From NCBI GenBank assembly GCA_965200315.1, contig OZ241362.1, forward strand, positions 3,232,001 to 3,296,000: DNA of 64,000 nt, written 5' to 3'. The position numbers and the translations under genes are program-made. The notes under the pieces were generated by a model. The model was given only the letters and a program-made list of their open reading frames with translations, searched no databases and was not told the origin of the DNA. This DNA comes from Candidatus Latescibacterota bacterium (GTDB lineage: Bacteria; Latescibacterota; UBA2968; UBA8231). Positions 44,919 through 55,108 of the stretch are shown piece after piece (the stretch's first letter is position 1; every line of letters begins with the position of its first letter).

Positions 44919-47528
44919 TCAATAGGCAACAGCCACAGTGCGCAGAACAGTCTTATCCTCAACTTGGGCTCCCGTCGTATTAGTACGGATGTGCAGGCGT
45001 ACGCAGTACAGGCCCGGCGGCACTAGCTCTCCGCCCTCGTCCCGTCCATCCCAGCCAATCTTATATGAGCCGGCGCTCAGGGCCCGCTGTTCGCCGAGGA
45101 CGCGCACTCGTCGGCCATCGAGATAGCAAACCGCAGCTTCCACCGGACTATCGTCTTCCACCCTCACTACTTTGAAAAAGAAAAAAGTCCGGTCGTTGAT
45201 CCCGTCCCCATTGGGCGAAAACACCGCGGGGCGCACGGCCACCTCCGTGAGCAGAGCTTGGTGCTCAAAGGAACCAACCACAGTAGTGGTGTTGCCGGGG
45301 ATACGCGCCAGCACATCGCTTGGGTCAACCCGCTGCCAAGTGCCCCCGTCGGCCGCATCGCTGTTGCGCAGGGCCGCCTGCAAGACGGCACCTGTGGCAA
45401 AGAGAGCGGTGGTAAAATCGAGCCGCAGAATCTCTATCGCGCTGTCGGGTCCGACTCTGGGGAAGCGCACTAGCAGCGAGTCCGGTGCTGTCGGCACCAC
45501 TTCCACGTGTTCCAGCGCTGGCACCTGCTCAGCCGCCGCGTTGAACTCATCCGCCCGCCCGCCAAAAACCCCACCTAGGCTCAGCGCCATGTTGGCCGGG
45601 GCCGTGAGGAGCAACTCGTCAAAGCCGGGGTCTAGGCGCTCGAAGCGGGGCTGCACATAGAGCGAAAAGGTGCGCTCGACGCCGAGCTGGTCCACCTCGA
45701 AGGGCGCGATCTCCGCCCGCAAGCTCTGCGCCACCGGGTCGGCGAAGTGCAGCCGGATCGAGCGCAGTGTCGGCGTACGATCCGGGGCGGTCGACAGCAA
45801 CGTTGCCCGAATTGTGAGGAATCCCCGCGGTGACGGCGAGGTAATAGGGCTACCCTCGGCTCGGACATAGGGCGCGCTCCAGTCGCCCCAGTCGCCCTTG
45901 GGCACTTCCTCGGCGACGATATCGCCCTTAAAGATCGACAGCAGCTTGCCGTACTGCTCCTCGGTCACTTCCGTGCCGTCGTTTTTGAAGTAGTGGAGTA
46001 TTTGGCCCAACTCGTCGCCGGTGCGAGTCTGGATCAGGACGCGCGTACCCGGCGGCTCGTCGGCATCCCATTCGATAGAGTGCAGATTGCGGCTACCCCC
46101 CAGCCGGATCAGATCGGATTCTAGGCTCACTTCCGGTTGGAAACCCTCCCCGTATAGCTGCATCTCCGCCATGGTGGCGATTTGGGTCCCGATCCGCTCC
46201 ATGTTCCACTGAATGCGAGCGAAGCGTGCTTTGATCGGCTCGAATTGGGTGCCTTCAAGGCGGGCGTTCGGTGCCCTGCCGTAAACGGTTTGACCCTGGT
46301 CCAAGGTGGCCCGGGTGATCCATTTGAGCTTGCCATCGGCGGCTAGGGAGCCGTCGGAAAAGTCGAGCCGATAGTTGCGAAAAGAGCCGAAACGCCCCCC
46401 CCCGAGGCCGCTATAAGCCAGCCGATAGGTATCGATCCAGTAAAAAGCCCCTAGATCAAAGACCAGTTCCTTTATGGGATCGGGGACCGCGGATTCGACG
46501 CCGAAGTAGATGCCGCTAAAACTGTCCAAGTCGCCATCGACCAAACTCTTAAGGGCTAAGGTCTGCGCGGCCGTAGTGGCAATGGTCCCGCCGCGGTCCA
46601 GTAGGCCGGCGACGAGCTCGTCCCCTTCGTTCCACACCTCTAATTCGGCTAGGCGGGGCTGCTCCCGGCGGAAGTAGCGGATGCGGCCCTGACGCTCCTC
46701 CTCGAGGAGCTCGTACACTCTTTGCGCGACGGGCATCTCGCGGCCGTCTAATTGCCGCTTGCGGTACTGGATGGCTCCTTGATCCCCGGTCAGTGCTTCG
46801 TACTCCGCCCGGGTGATTTCCGTGCCCAATGGTCCATCGGTACCCGTCACCAGAATCTGCACAAAGCGCACAGGAGCGGCTTCTATTGTGGGTTCCCATT
46901 TGGTCAAGTCAACTTCAAAGACCCGCTGGCTCTTATTTTTTTTCAAGGTGCGCAGCACAGTCTCAAAGGCTCGCGCTCCGCTCCCCTTTACGCGACTCGG
47001 TTCACGGCCGTTAGAGACTAGAACATCAAAGAGGAGAAAGGGGTCGCCTAGCCCCTCCTCGACAAAGCGCACGACAAGTTTCTTGGCGAAGACTAAGCGG
47101 CCCAAATCGACGATAAACCACCACTGCAAGGCCAGATCAACCTCATCGCTGGGGGGGGCAGGTTCCCAGTAGGTGGTCATATCGCCGTCGAAGACCTTAG
47201 CCACATCGGCGACATTAGAGCGACCTTCAATAGCGTCGGCCAAGGTGATTGTCTCGGGCTCCTTATCGCCTAGCGAAGGGGGAGGATTGAAGCGCAGGTA
47301 ATCGACGATATCTAAGGCCGCATTGGTATTTTTTTCAATGCGCGGAGCCTGTACCGCTCCCTCGGGAGAAATGACCAAGGTTCCGGGGGGAAAGGTCCAG
47401 TTTTGCCAGTGGTTGCGACTGTTTATGACGACTTGATTGTCTCTGACCCGGTGGCCGGCGTTCTGGGCCCAAACCTCATGGGTATCGGTCAGTACTAGGA
47501 CTAACAGGAGGCGGACAAATCCCGTCAT
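44919..47528 (-). CDS. Secreted protein with discoidin-like domains and C-terminal FlgD Ig-like domain
   Basis: Signal peptide; FDGDMTTYW; FSPNGDGIND...WDGRD.GG..VPPGLY. Confidence 0.8.
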   Translation of the reverse strand: MTGFVRLLLVLVLTDTHEVWAQNAGHRVRDNQVVINSRNHWQNWTFPPGTLVISPEGAVQAPRIEKNTNAALDIVDYLRFNPPPSLGDKEPETITLADAIEGRSNVADVAKVFDGDMTTYWEPAPPSDEVDLALQWWFIVDLGRLVFAKKLVVRFVEEGLGDPFLLFDVLVSNGREPSRVKGSGARAFETVLRTLKKNKSQRVFEVDLTKWEPTIEAAPVRFVQILVTGTDGPLGTEITRAEYEALTGDQGAIQYRKRQLDGREMPVAQRVYELLEEERQGRIRYFRREQPRLAELEVWNEGDELVAGLLDRGGTIATTAAQTLALKSLVDGDLDSFSGIYFGVESAVPDPIKELVFDLGAFYWIDTYRLAYSGLGGGRFGSFRNYRLDFSDGSLAADGKLKWITRATLDQGQTVYGRAPNARLEGTQFEPIKARFARIQWNMERIGTQIATMAEMQLYGEGFQPEVSLESDLIRLGGSRNLHSIEWDADEPPGTRVLIQTRTGDELGQILHYFKNDGTEVTEEQYGKLLSIFKGDIVAEEVPKGDWGDWSAPYVRAEGSPITSPSPRGFLTIRATLLSTAPDRTPTLRSIRLHFADPVAQSLRAEIAPFEVDQLGVERTFSLYVQPRFERLDPGFDELLLTAPANMALSLGGVFGGRADEFNAAAEQVPALEHVEVVPTAPDSLLVRFPRVGPDSAIEILRLDFTTALFATGAVLQAALRNSDAADGGTWQRVDPSDVLARIPGNTTTVVGSFEHQALLTEVAVRPAVFSPNGDGINDRTFFFFKVVRVEDDSPVEAAVCYLDGRRVRVLGEQRALSAGSYKIGWDGRDEGGELVPPGLYCVRLHIRTNTTGAQVEDKTVLRTVAVAY

Positions 47529-47549
47529 GTGGATGCCTTTTGCTAAATG

Positions 47550-49499
47550 CTAGTAAACCAACGAAACGATCCGGCTGACGCGGTCCCTGCCTTTATCTGT
47601 CTCCACCTCTAAGCGCAGCAGGTAAACCCCCGGCGGCAACAGCAAGCCGCTGTCGTCGCGGCCGTCCCAAACCACCGCAAAGCGGCCACTCGCGTGAGCA
47701 ACCCGGTCAATGGCCCACAGTTTTCGGCCGCTCAGATCGCACAAGTCAATATACACGAGCGCCGCGCCAGCTAAGTTGAGCAAGTCGTATTCGAGGCGCA
47801 CCTCGTCGTTGACCCCGTCGCTGTTGGGCGTACAAATCGACGACACCAATTCCACCCGGCCGATGGCCTCGATGCCGACATTCGCTAGGACCACCTGCAA
47901 CGTCGCGCTATCATTTTGCACATCCGCGTCCCCCACGACTACTGATTGGGCCACTTCGTGGGGCTGGGTACTGTCGGAAACCCGCCCCGAGAAAACGGTG
48001 CCGTACTGAAATACCTGAGCCTTGAAGTCGATCTCGATGAGATCTAGGGATCGCCGCACATCGATGTGGGGAATCTGCACGGCAAAGCCCGACTGATCCA
48101 GCCTAGCCACGGCAAAGGCTTCGTCGCGCCCGTCCATGCGCACGGCATCGATGCTCACGGCGCGCTTAGGCGTGTCGATTTCCACTTGGTCGAATCCCGC
48201 TTCATCGCCGGTGAAATGAGGCAGGATCTTGTAGGTGAAAGACACGGTTTGGCCGGGGCGGACCTGTGGCGGCTCGATCTCCGCAATAATATGCGCCGCC
48301 CGGGGCTGGGAAGCGGCGAATTGTAGGTAGTTTAGGCGACCGCCAGCCGCGGGCCGTGAGTGGAAATCGGCCCGCATCTGAGCAAAACGCCGCGGCCGGT
48401 CCCCGATTGGGCTCCCAGTTCCAGCAGCCAAGGTGATGGGGGCACTCCAATCGCTCCAGTTGCGGGTATCGTAGGTCGTGCCAGCGCGTTCCCCCGATTG
48501 CAGAGCGGCGTACGTCTCCTGAGTCAGGAGCTTGCCCTCGCGATCGAAAAGAGTCTTCTCGTCGCCGCGAAACGTGGTGCGCCAATACAAGTTGGGGTCG
48601 GGGTCGTCACCCAGTCGGGTCCGCACTTCAATGCTCGCTCCCAGAGGTTGGTCGCCGGCCCAAGCCAAGGGACCCAAGATGAAGGGCTGGCCTAGATCGA
48701 TGATAGTGGATTCGTAGCGGGCAAAGGCGCTGAAGCCGGTTCCGTACATTTCGATTTCGGCGATCTCCCAGATACTGCGGATATTGCGGCGTACCGCAAA
48801 CAAGACCTCGCGCACCGATTGTTGGGGGAATTCCAGTTCAACCACGGCATTTGTATTCTCGCGGACATTGTGAATCCGGTCGAAGTCCAATTCTTCGGTA
48901 ACTTTGAGCTCCCGAGTCCCGTCCTTGGCGGGATCGCCGTCGCTGACGCCGACGATAAAACTTTCCGCAAAGCGCTCAAAGCGGAAGCGGTCCCTAGGAT
49001 AGAATCGAATCTTCTGGATAGTGAAGCGTCCCCCCAGATCGAAAACCCAGTACTTAAAGTACCTGTGCGACCTATTTTCCCGGCGGTTGAAAATCCTCCC
49101 CCACGCGACCGACTTGTCCCCTTGATAGACAGTCTCAATATCGCCATCCCAAGCGGCCAGCTCGCTCTCGCCGGGCGCAATCAAGCCATCGTAGCCGCCA
49201 GTGGTGAGGATCGAACCGCCGTTTTCGACAAAGGACGGGAGGAGATTGACAGAGCCATCCAGTTGTTTAGGCTCGATATATTCCGCCTGTAATTGCAGGG
49301 ATTGGGTCTGGGCGCCTGCGGTCGGGACAATTGCACTCCAAGGCACGTGCCTGAATTCATAAGGCACCTCCAGCTCAGGCGGCGGTTGATCGTCCCCACC
49401 AATGCGGTAAATGGTCAGCCCCTGCACGGGCAGGGGCGAGTAGAGACCGAGCAGGAGGAGCAGGGAATACGATCTCGCCATTTTCCCCTCATTCGGCAA
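47550..49499 (-). CDS. Secreted protein with C-terminal FlgD Ig-like domain (paralogue)
   Basis: Signal peptide; TPNSDGVND...WDGRDDSG..LPPGVY. Confidence 0.8.
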   Translation of the reverse strand: MPNEGKMARSYSLLLLLGLYSPLPVQGLTIYRIGGDDQPPPELEVPYEFRHVPWSAIVPTAGAQTQSLQLQAEYIEPKQLDGSVNLLPSFVENGGSILTTGGYDGLIAPGESELAAWDGDIETVYQGDKSVAWGRIFNRRENRSHRYFKYWVFDLGGRFTIQKIRFYPRDRFRFERFAESFIVGVSDGDPAKDGTRELKVTEELDFDRIHNVRENTNAVVELEFPQQSVREVLFAVRRNIRSIWEIAEIEMYGTGFSAFARYESTIIDLGQPFILGPLAWAGDQPLGASIEVRTRLGDDPDPNLYWRTTFRGDEKTLFDREGKLLTQETYAALQSGERAGTTYDTRNWSDWSAPITLAAGTGSPIGDRPRRFAQMRADFHSRPAAGGRLNYLQFAASQPRAAHIIAEIEPPQVRPGQTVSFTYKILPHFTGDEAGFDQVEIDTPKRAVSIDAVRMDGRDEAFAVARLDQSGFAVQIPHIDVRRSLDLIEIDFKAQVFQYGTVFSGRVSDSTQPHEVAQSVVVGDADVQNDSATLQVVLANVGIEAIGRVELVSSICTPNSDGVNDEVRLEYDLLNLAGAALVYIDLCDLSGRKLWAIDRVAHASGRFAVVWDGRDDSGLLLPPGVYLLRLEVETDKGRDRVSRIVSLVY

Positions 49500-49535
49500 T
49501 TCTGATCGACGCGGCCAACGCCGGGAAGCGATTTA

Positions 49536-50891
49536 TTAATACGGCGTATCTTTGGTGGTGATGGGGCACCAGCGGGCGGCGAACAAATAGTCGAACAAAA
49601 GCTCCGTCGCCTCCGGCGTCCCAATGCGCTCCAAGGTCTTGGCTGCCTTGGCGCTAACGTAGCGATTCGGATCGTCTAGGGCGGCCACCACGGCTAACTG
49701 CACAGCCTCGGCAGCCGGGCCCAGCCGCGCCAAGCCCAAGGCGGCATTGCGCCGCACCCATTCGTCGTCGTCGCGCAAAACGGCGGCCAATTCCTCCAGC
49801 ACGGCCGAGGGCAATGTGCCCATCGCGCCCAAGGCTTCGGCCGCATGGCCCCGCACCTCGTCCGACGCATCGCCCAATGCCCGCTGCAATGCCGGCACGG
49901 CCGGGGCACCCTCCCGACCCATATCGCCCAAACTATCGACCGCAGCTAGCCGCACGGCCGGATCGTCGTCAGCGCAGGCTTGCGCTAGCGTCTCGACGGC
50001 GGCCGGGCCAGCCGCGGCCAAACCGTAGCCAGCGTTGCGCCGCACGTAGTCCGGCCCTTGGCGCAAGCAGTCCATGAGCGGCCCCACGGCTGGCTCCCCG
50101 GCGCGACCGAGGGCATAGGCCGCCGCTTGACTGGCCGCCTCGGAATCGCCCATCAGCGCCTGCAGCAACGCCGACTGCTCGCCGCTGCCAGCAAGGCCCT
50201 CGGACTGGCCGCCGTACCATTCCCACATACTGTGCCACATAGGTGCCGCGGCGTGACCGTTCCCGGCCCAAGGCTCCCCGCTCGCATCCCAGCTAGGCCC
50301 GTCGGGCTCTTCGAGGCGGACAAAGAGAAACTTGACCATATAGCGAGCCTGCTCGGTGCTGTTGGACGTGGCTCGGTGCCACAAGTCGTAGTGGACAATG
50401 GCGACCGTTCCGGCCTCCCCCGCGAGCGCGACTTGTCGCTCCTCATCCCCTTGGTCGAGGTGGTTGCGATAGTGGCTGCCGGGCACAATGCCCGTGGGGC
50501 CGCGCTCGACCGGCGTGTCCTGCGGATAGTAAAAGGCCATGGCCCAGCGCAGCCGGTGATGCCGCCGGCTCCAGCTATCCTTGTGCAGCCGCTGCCCCTC
50601 CGAACCCGGCTTGTTGAAATGGCAGAAGCGATGTGGATGCAAATAGTACCCCGGTCCCAAAATACTGGTCAGGGCTCCCGCCACCTCGGGTTGGTCGAAC
50701 ACCTGCTGCAAGTCGGGGATGCGGGGCAACAGGTTATTGCCCGGATTGCCCTCGGCAGCCAAGACCTCCTCTATTTGCCCATAAACGGATTGGTGAAAAT
50801 CCGCGGGCAAATCCGTTTTGACCACTGTATAGCCGTCGGCGATGAAAGACTGCATACGGCTATCGTCTAACAAGATCGAGTCAGCACACAT
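49536..50891 (-). CDS. PhyH dioxygenase fused to HEAT/PBS-lyase repeats
   Basis: LHKD, VPGSH, LWH; repeated VRxxAAxALG units. Confidence 0.88.
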   Translation of the reverse strand: MCADSILLDDSRMQSFIADGYTVVKTDLPADFHQSVYGQIEEVLAAEGNPGNNLLPRIPDLQQVFDQPEVAGALTSILGPGYYLHPHRFCHFNKPGSEGQRLHKDSWSRRHHRLRWAMAFYYPQDTPVERGPTGIVPGSHYRNHLDQGDEERQVALAGEAGTVAIVHYDLWHRATSNSTEQARYMVKFLFVRLEEPDGPSWDASGEPWAGNGHAAAPMWHSMWEWYGGQSEGLAGSGEQSALLQALMGDSEAASQAAAYALGRAGEPAVGPLMDCLRQGPDYVRRNAGYGLAAAGPAAVETLAQACADDDPAVRLAAVDSLGDMGREGAPAVPALQRALGDASDEVRGHAAEALGAMGTLPSAVLEELAAVLRDDDEWVRRNAALGLARLGPAAEAVQLAVVAALDDPNRYVSAKAAKTLERIGTPEATELLFDYLFAARWCPITTKDTPY

Positions 50892-50906
50892 AGCAAAGCT
50901 CCTCGT

Positions 50907-51749
50907 TTAGTGCGTGAGCGCCGCGCCCGGCATCCGATTCCAAGGCACGGGTGCGCCGGCACCCTCATAGGTGGGCAAGAGATCGGCAACCCGTGCTCTA
51001 TCTTCGTCGTCCCAGCCAACCCATTCGCGGGGGCGGGCGATGGCAGCGCGGAGGCCGTCGGAGAGCAGGTCGAAATAAGGGAAATACCACAGGGTAATGA
51101 CGGTGCGGCGCTGGGCCGATTTGTTGGCGTAGGCCGCGTGCAACAGCCGCGAGTCGCCGATGACCACATCTCCCGCCGCCACGGGCACATCCACCTCTTC
51201 GGGAATCGACTGATAGGCCGGATGGTCGGGATCGGCCACGCGGCGCAGCTCGTCGGTGTGGGCGTTGGGCACCTCGTCGTGCATGTGGTGGCGCTTCAGG
51301 TGCGAGCCGCGCAACAGGCGCAGGCAGCCGTTGTGGGGCGTGGTATCGACTAGGTAGTACATCAGGAAAAGCTGCTGGGGCAGAGGCGTATAGCTCGAAG
51401 GATCGTCCCAACCCCACCAATCCTGATGCCAGAACAGCGCCGGGCTGTCGGGCGGTTTGCTGATGACGTAGCCGGACATCCACCGAGGGCGCAAAAAGCC
51501 GAGGGTTTCGAGCGCGGCGCGGGCCGGCGGATAGGCCACGAGTTCGGCGAAAATGGGGTGGATGCCGACATCGATCATGCTGCCGGTGGCGCGCTGTTGG
51601 ACGCGGATTTCTTGGCTTTGAGCGTCGAGCAGTTGGTCGGTGACTTGGCGCAGACGCTGGAGGATGTCGGCGTCGAGGACGTCTTCTACCAAGCAATAGC
51701 CGTCGCGGATGAGTTGGTCGAAGTTTTCTTTAAAATCCTGTTGGGACAT
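50907..51749 (-). CDS. PhyH-family dioxygenase
   Basis: WHQD, NGCL, GSH, LLH; ATG 51749 after AAGGA. Confidence 0.9.
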   Translation of the reverse strand: MSQQDFKENFDQLIRDGYCLVEDVLDADILQRLRQVTDQLLDAQSQEIRVQQRATGSMIDVGIHPIFAELVAYPPARAALETLGFLRPRWMSGYVISKPPDSPALFWHQDWWGWDDPSSYTPLPQQLFLMYYLVDTTPHNGCLRLLRGSHLKRHHMHDEVPNAHTDELRRVADPDHPAYQSIPEEVDVPVAAGDVVIGDSRLLHAAYANKSAQRRTVITLWYFPYFDLLSDGLRAAIARPREWVGWDDEDRARVADLLPTYEGAGAPVPWNRMPGAALTH

Positions 51750-51909
51750 CGATGTTATTTCCTTTTTTATTTGTCGTTCAGACCCGAGCAACAGCGGCGG
51801 TAATATCCGACCGTTCCATCCTAGCTTGCCTAGCCTGACAGCGCGCCTTGGCAATCATGCGATCAAAATCGCGCATGGAGTTTGTTGCCCAAAATTTGAT
51901 CGCGATTTT

Positions 51910-52767
51910 CTATCCCGCCACCATCTCCCCTTGGCGCGAGCGCTCCTGCAAGTCGTAGAGCGAGGAAATGGCGTCTTTGTACAGTGGTATAGGAAAGGAG
52001 CGCTCCTCAAAGCGCGCTACGTGTGGGATCCGGCCGCGCACTAAGCGCGCATTGGCCTCGGTCTTGTAGGTCATTTCGCCGGTGTAGATCGGGAACGCAT
52101 CGGCGGCCCGGTAGCTGAGGATCAGGGTGCGGCGCGGCTTGTCGGAGACATTGGCGATGGAAGCGTGGGGGGTCATCGCATGCATGAAGATGACCGTGCC
52201 CGCTTCACCGGGGATCGGCACCGCGAGCGATTGCTCAACCTCTTCGGTAACTCGGCCTTGGAAAAACCCGTCGGTGCTGTGCGACAGCAGGTCGCTCTGA
52301 TGGCGGCGGGGGATGACTTGCAGACAGCCGTTTTCAACGGTCGCGTCGTCGAGATAAAAGAGGATACTCACCGAGCCGCGATGGGTCAGCGGGTAGTAGG
52401 AAAGGTCTTGGTGCCACTCGACGGGCGAGCCAACGCCGGCCGGTTTCATGTTGATCTTGCTGTAGTGGAAGACCAAGTCCGGGCCGAGCAGGGCCTCGAC
52501 CGCGTCGAGGAGACGCCCCGATGTGGAAAACTCCCGGAAGACCTCGTAGTAACTACAAGGCTCGTACAAGCGGCGGACCCGCGTACCGTCGGGAGGCTGG
52601 CTCGGCTCCATCTCCATCCGGGTGGCGTCGTGATTGGCGAGCGTATGGCCGGCGCTGACGGCGTCCATCTCGCGCAGGAAGGCTGCAATCTCCTCGGCAC
52701 TGAGGAAGCTAGGCACAGCGACGTAGCCTTCGGTGTGGTAGTGTTCGACTTGCGCGGTGGTCAACAT
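51910..52767 (-). CDS. PhyH-family dioxygenase
   Basis: KINMK, WHQD, LDDATVENGCL, PHAS. Confidence 0.9.
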   Translation of the reverse strand: MLTTAQVEHYHTEGYVAVPSFLSAEEIAAFLREMDAVSAGHTLANHDATRMEMEPSQPPDGTRVRRLYEPCSYYEVFREFSTSGRLLDAVEALLGPDLVFHYSKINMKPAGVGSPVEWHQDLSYYPLTHRGSVSILFYLDDATVENGCLQVIPRRHQSDLLSHSTDGFFQGRVTEEVEQSLAVPIPGEAGTVIFMHAMTPHASIANVSDKPRRTLILSYRAADAFPIYTGEMTYKTEANARLVRGRIPHVARFEERSFPIPLYKDAISSLYDLQERSRQGEMVAG

Positions 52768-52780
52768 AGCTGGTTCCTCC

Positions 52781-53156
52781 TTACCATTTTTCGATAGCGC
52801 CCATCAGCATTTTCTGCTGGTCGGTCCCCGTTGCGCGGACTTTCTGTGCAAAGGGGCCGTCGAAGGGCTCGCGGGATTTCATCCAAGCGGTCTGGTAGCA
52901 CATCAGACAGACGCGGCGGCGCACCGCCGAACGGTTGGCCGCGCCGCGGTGATAGAGACAGCCATCGAACATCACCGCCTGGCCCGGCCGGGCAAAAACC
53001 CACTTCTCCTCCGGGAAGCGCGGATGACCTTCGGGCGGGCGAAAGGGGGCGCGGTGGCTGCCGGGGACGATGACACTTGCGGAAGAAAGCCATGTCCTCG
53101 GCGATTTTGGGCGTCAGCTTGGGATTGAGGTGCTGGGGGTAGGGCGGTTGCGTCAT
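52781..53156 (-). pseudogene. PhyH dioxygenase with internal deletion
   Basis: N-terminus MTQPPY...DMAFFRK jumps out of frame (~53075) to VIVPGSHR...MFDGCLYHRG; the HxD region is absent. Confidence 0.75.
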
Positions 53157-53332
53157 GGTTTTGATCGTACTTTAGGGTGTGTGCGAAAAACTTGCCGCCG
53201 CTGAGGCGGGTTCTTATATAAACGTGGTTCGCATCATCCTGCAAGCGAGGAACAACCTCTTCTCAGCGAGATCGCATCCAAGCGATACAGGACGGGGGCC
53301 GTTATATCGCGCCCCTAAAAAAGGAGCAGTCC

Positions 53333-55090
53333 ATGAGCTATCTAAATCCCCGCGCCATCGCCATCGCCACGCCGATGCCGCCGCCTGCTTGGGCGCTGCT
53401 GGAGTGGGAACTGATTCGGGCGCAAACGAGGGGATGCACAGAATTTTTCGCCAAGTACTTCGACGAGCGGGGCTATTTGGAGTGCCTTCCGCGCTGGGGC
53501 GGCAACGACGGTCCGGACGACGCCATCGAGAACTTGGTCCACTGGCCGGTGCTCTACGTGCTGGGCGGTGGAGCGCATCTGTACGATATGTGCCAGTTGG
53601 CTTGGGAGGGGCATCTCAAGCAATACACCGAGGCTAAGACCACGGAAGTGCCCTTTACTCGGGACGGCATGTACTACCGCGAATTTCCGGTGATGTTCGA
53701 CTGGGTACACAACGGGGAAGGGCTGACGACGTTCAACCTGCACGGGTTGATGAATCCACGCGAGCGAGCCTTTGAGCAGCGGGTGCGGCGCTACGCTGGA
53801 TTTTACATGGGCCGCGATCCCCAAGCTCCCAACTACGACCCCGAACGCAAAATTATCAGGAGTCTGTTCAACGGCAGCCGCGGGCCGCTGCTGCGCAAGG
53901 CCACGGCGCTCGACTGGGCCGGCGACCCGCTCGACGAGGTGCAGGAGCGCTTTATTCCCCTGCACGGGGAGCGCAACTTCGAGGAGATGCTGGCTCATTT
54001 CAAAGACTACACCGACGTCGTCGGCGACCATCCGCAGAACATGGTGGCAACGGCCTTGGGCCTGAACGCGTACGCGCTGACGGGCGAAGACCAGTACAAA
54101 AACTGGGTGCTCGAATACGTCGAAGCCTGGCGGCAGCGCACGCTCGCCAACGACGGGATCATCCCGACTAATATCGGACTCGATGGGACCATTGGCGGCG
54201 AGTGCGACGGCAAGTGGTACGGGGGGTGTTACGGCTGGGCCTTTACGGTCGAGGTGCCCCAGACCGGGGTGCTGGCCAGCCGCAACACGCACGGGCTGGG
54301 GATTTCGGGCTTTGGCAACGCGCTGTTGCTGTCGGGCGAGCAAAAATTCGTCGATGTGTGGCGGCAGATGATCGACAAAATCAACGCCAACGGAAAAGAG
54401 ATCGACGAGCAGATGATGTACCCGCACATGTACGGAGACGAGGGCTGGTACGAGTTTCAGCCAAGCCGCTACGCCCAGGGAGCTCAGGAGGTGTACTACT
54501 GGTCGATGGACCGGGCCGATCTGAGTCGGCTAAACGCAGACAGCGGCTGGTTCGGCTTCTTGGAGGGACGCGACCCCACGTACCCGGAAGCGGCCCTACA
54601 GGCCGACTTTGCCCGCCTCCGCGAGCAGATGGAGAAGGTGCGCCGCGACCCAACGACGCCGGACACCCGGCTGTCGGACAATCCCAACCCATTCAATCCG
54701 GCCATTCCGGGCGGGCTAACCCAGCTCATGTTGGGCGGGCTGACGCCGCGGCACGGCTCGCCGCTGCACTGCCGAGTGCGCTACTTTGATCCGCAGGCTG
54801 GGCGGGCGGGGATGCCCGAGGGCGTGGGGGCGCTAGTGGAGCAGCTCGGCGCAGACTCCATGACGCTGAAGCTGGTGAACACAGACCCGGTGGCCGGGCG
54901 CGAAGTAATCGTGCAGGGCGGTGCCTACGCCGAGCACCAGTTTACGAGCCTCAGCGTGGGCGGTCAGGAGACCACGATAGACGCCTCAGCCTTTGCAGTG
55001 GAGCTAGCGCCGGGGGCCGGGGAGACCTTGGAGATTGGCATGAGCAGATATGCCAATAGGCCGACGTTTGCGTTCCCGTGGGATCGGTAG
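53333..55090 (+). CDS. Conserved hypothetical protein (585 aa)
   Basis: AAGGAG RBS; long ORF with host codon usage; acidic DGPDD motif. Confidence 0.75.
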   Translation: MSYLNPRAIAIATPMPPPAWALLEWELIRAQTRGCTEFFAKYFDERGYLECLPRWGGNDGPDDAIENLVHWPVLYVLGGGAHLYDMCQLAWEGHLKQYTEAKTTEVPFTRDGMYYREFPVMFDWVHNGEGLTTFNLHGLMNPRERAFEQRVRRYAGFYMGRDPQAPNYDPERKIIRSLFNGSRGPLLRKATALDWAGDPLDEVQERFIPLHGERNFEEMLAHFKDYTDVVGDHPQNMVATALGLNAYALTGEDQYKNWVLEYVEAWRQRTLANDGIIPTNIGLDGTIGGECDGKWYGGCYGWAFTVEVPQTGVLASRNTHGLGISGFGNALLLSGEQKFVDVWRQMIDKINANGKEIDEQMMYPHMYGDEGWYEFQPSRYAQGAQEVYYWSMDRADLSRLNADSGWFGFLEGRDPTYPEAALQADFARLREQMEKVRRDPTTPDTRLSDNPNPFNPAIPGGLTQLMLGGLTPRHGSPLHCRVRYFDPQAGRAGMPEGVGALVEQLGADSMTLKLVNTDPVAGREVIVQGGAYAEHQFTSLSVGGQETTIDASAFAVELAPGAGETLEIGMSRYANRPTFAFPWDR

Positions 55091-55108
55091 TGTTGCTTCA
55101 GTAAGCGA

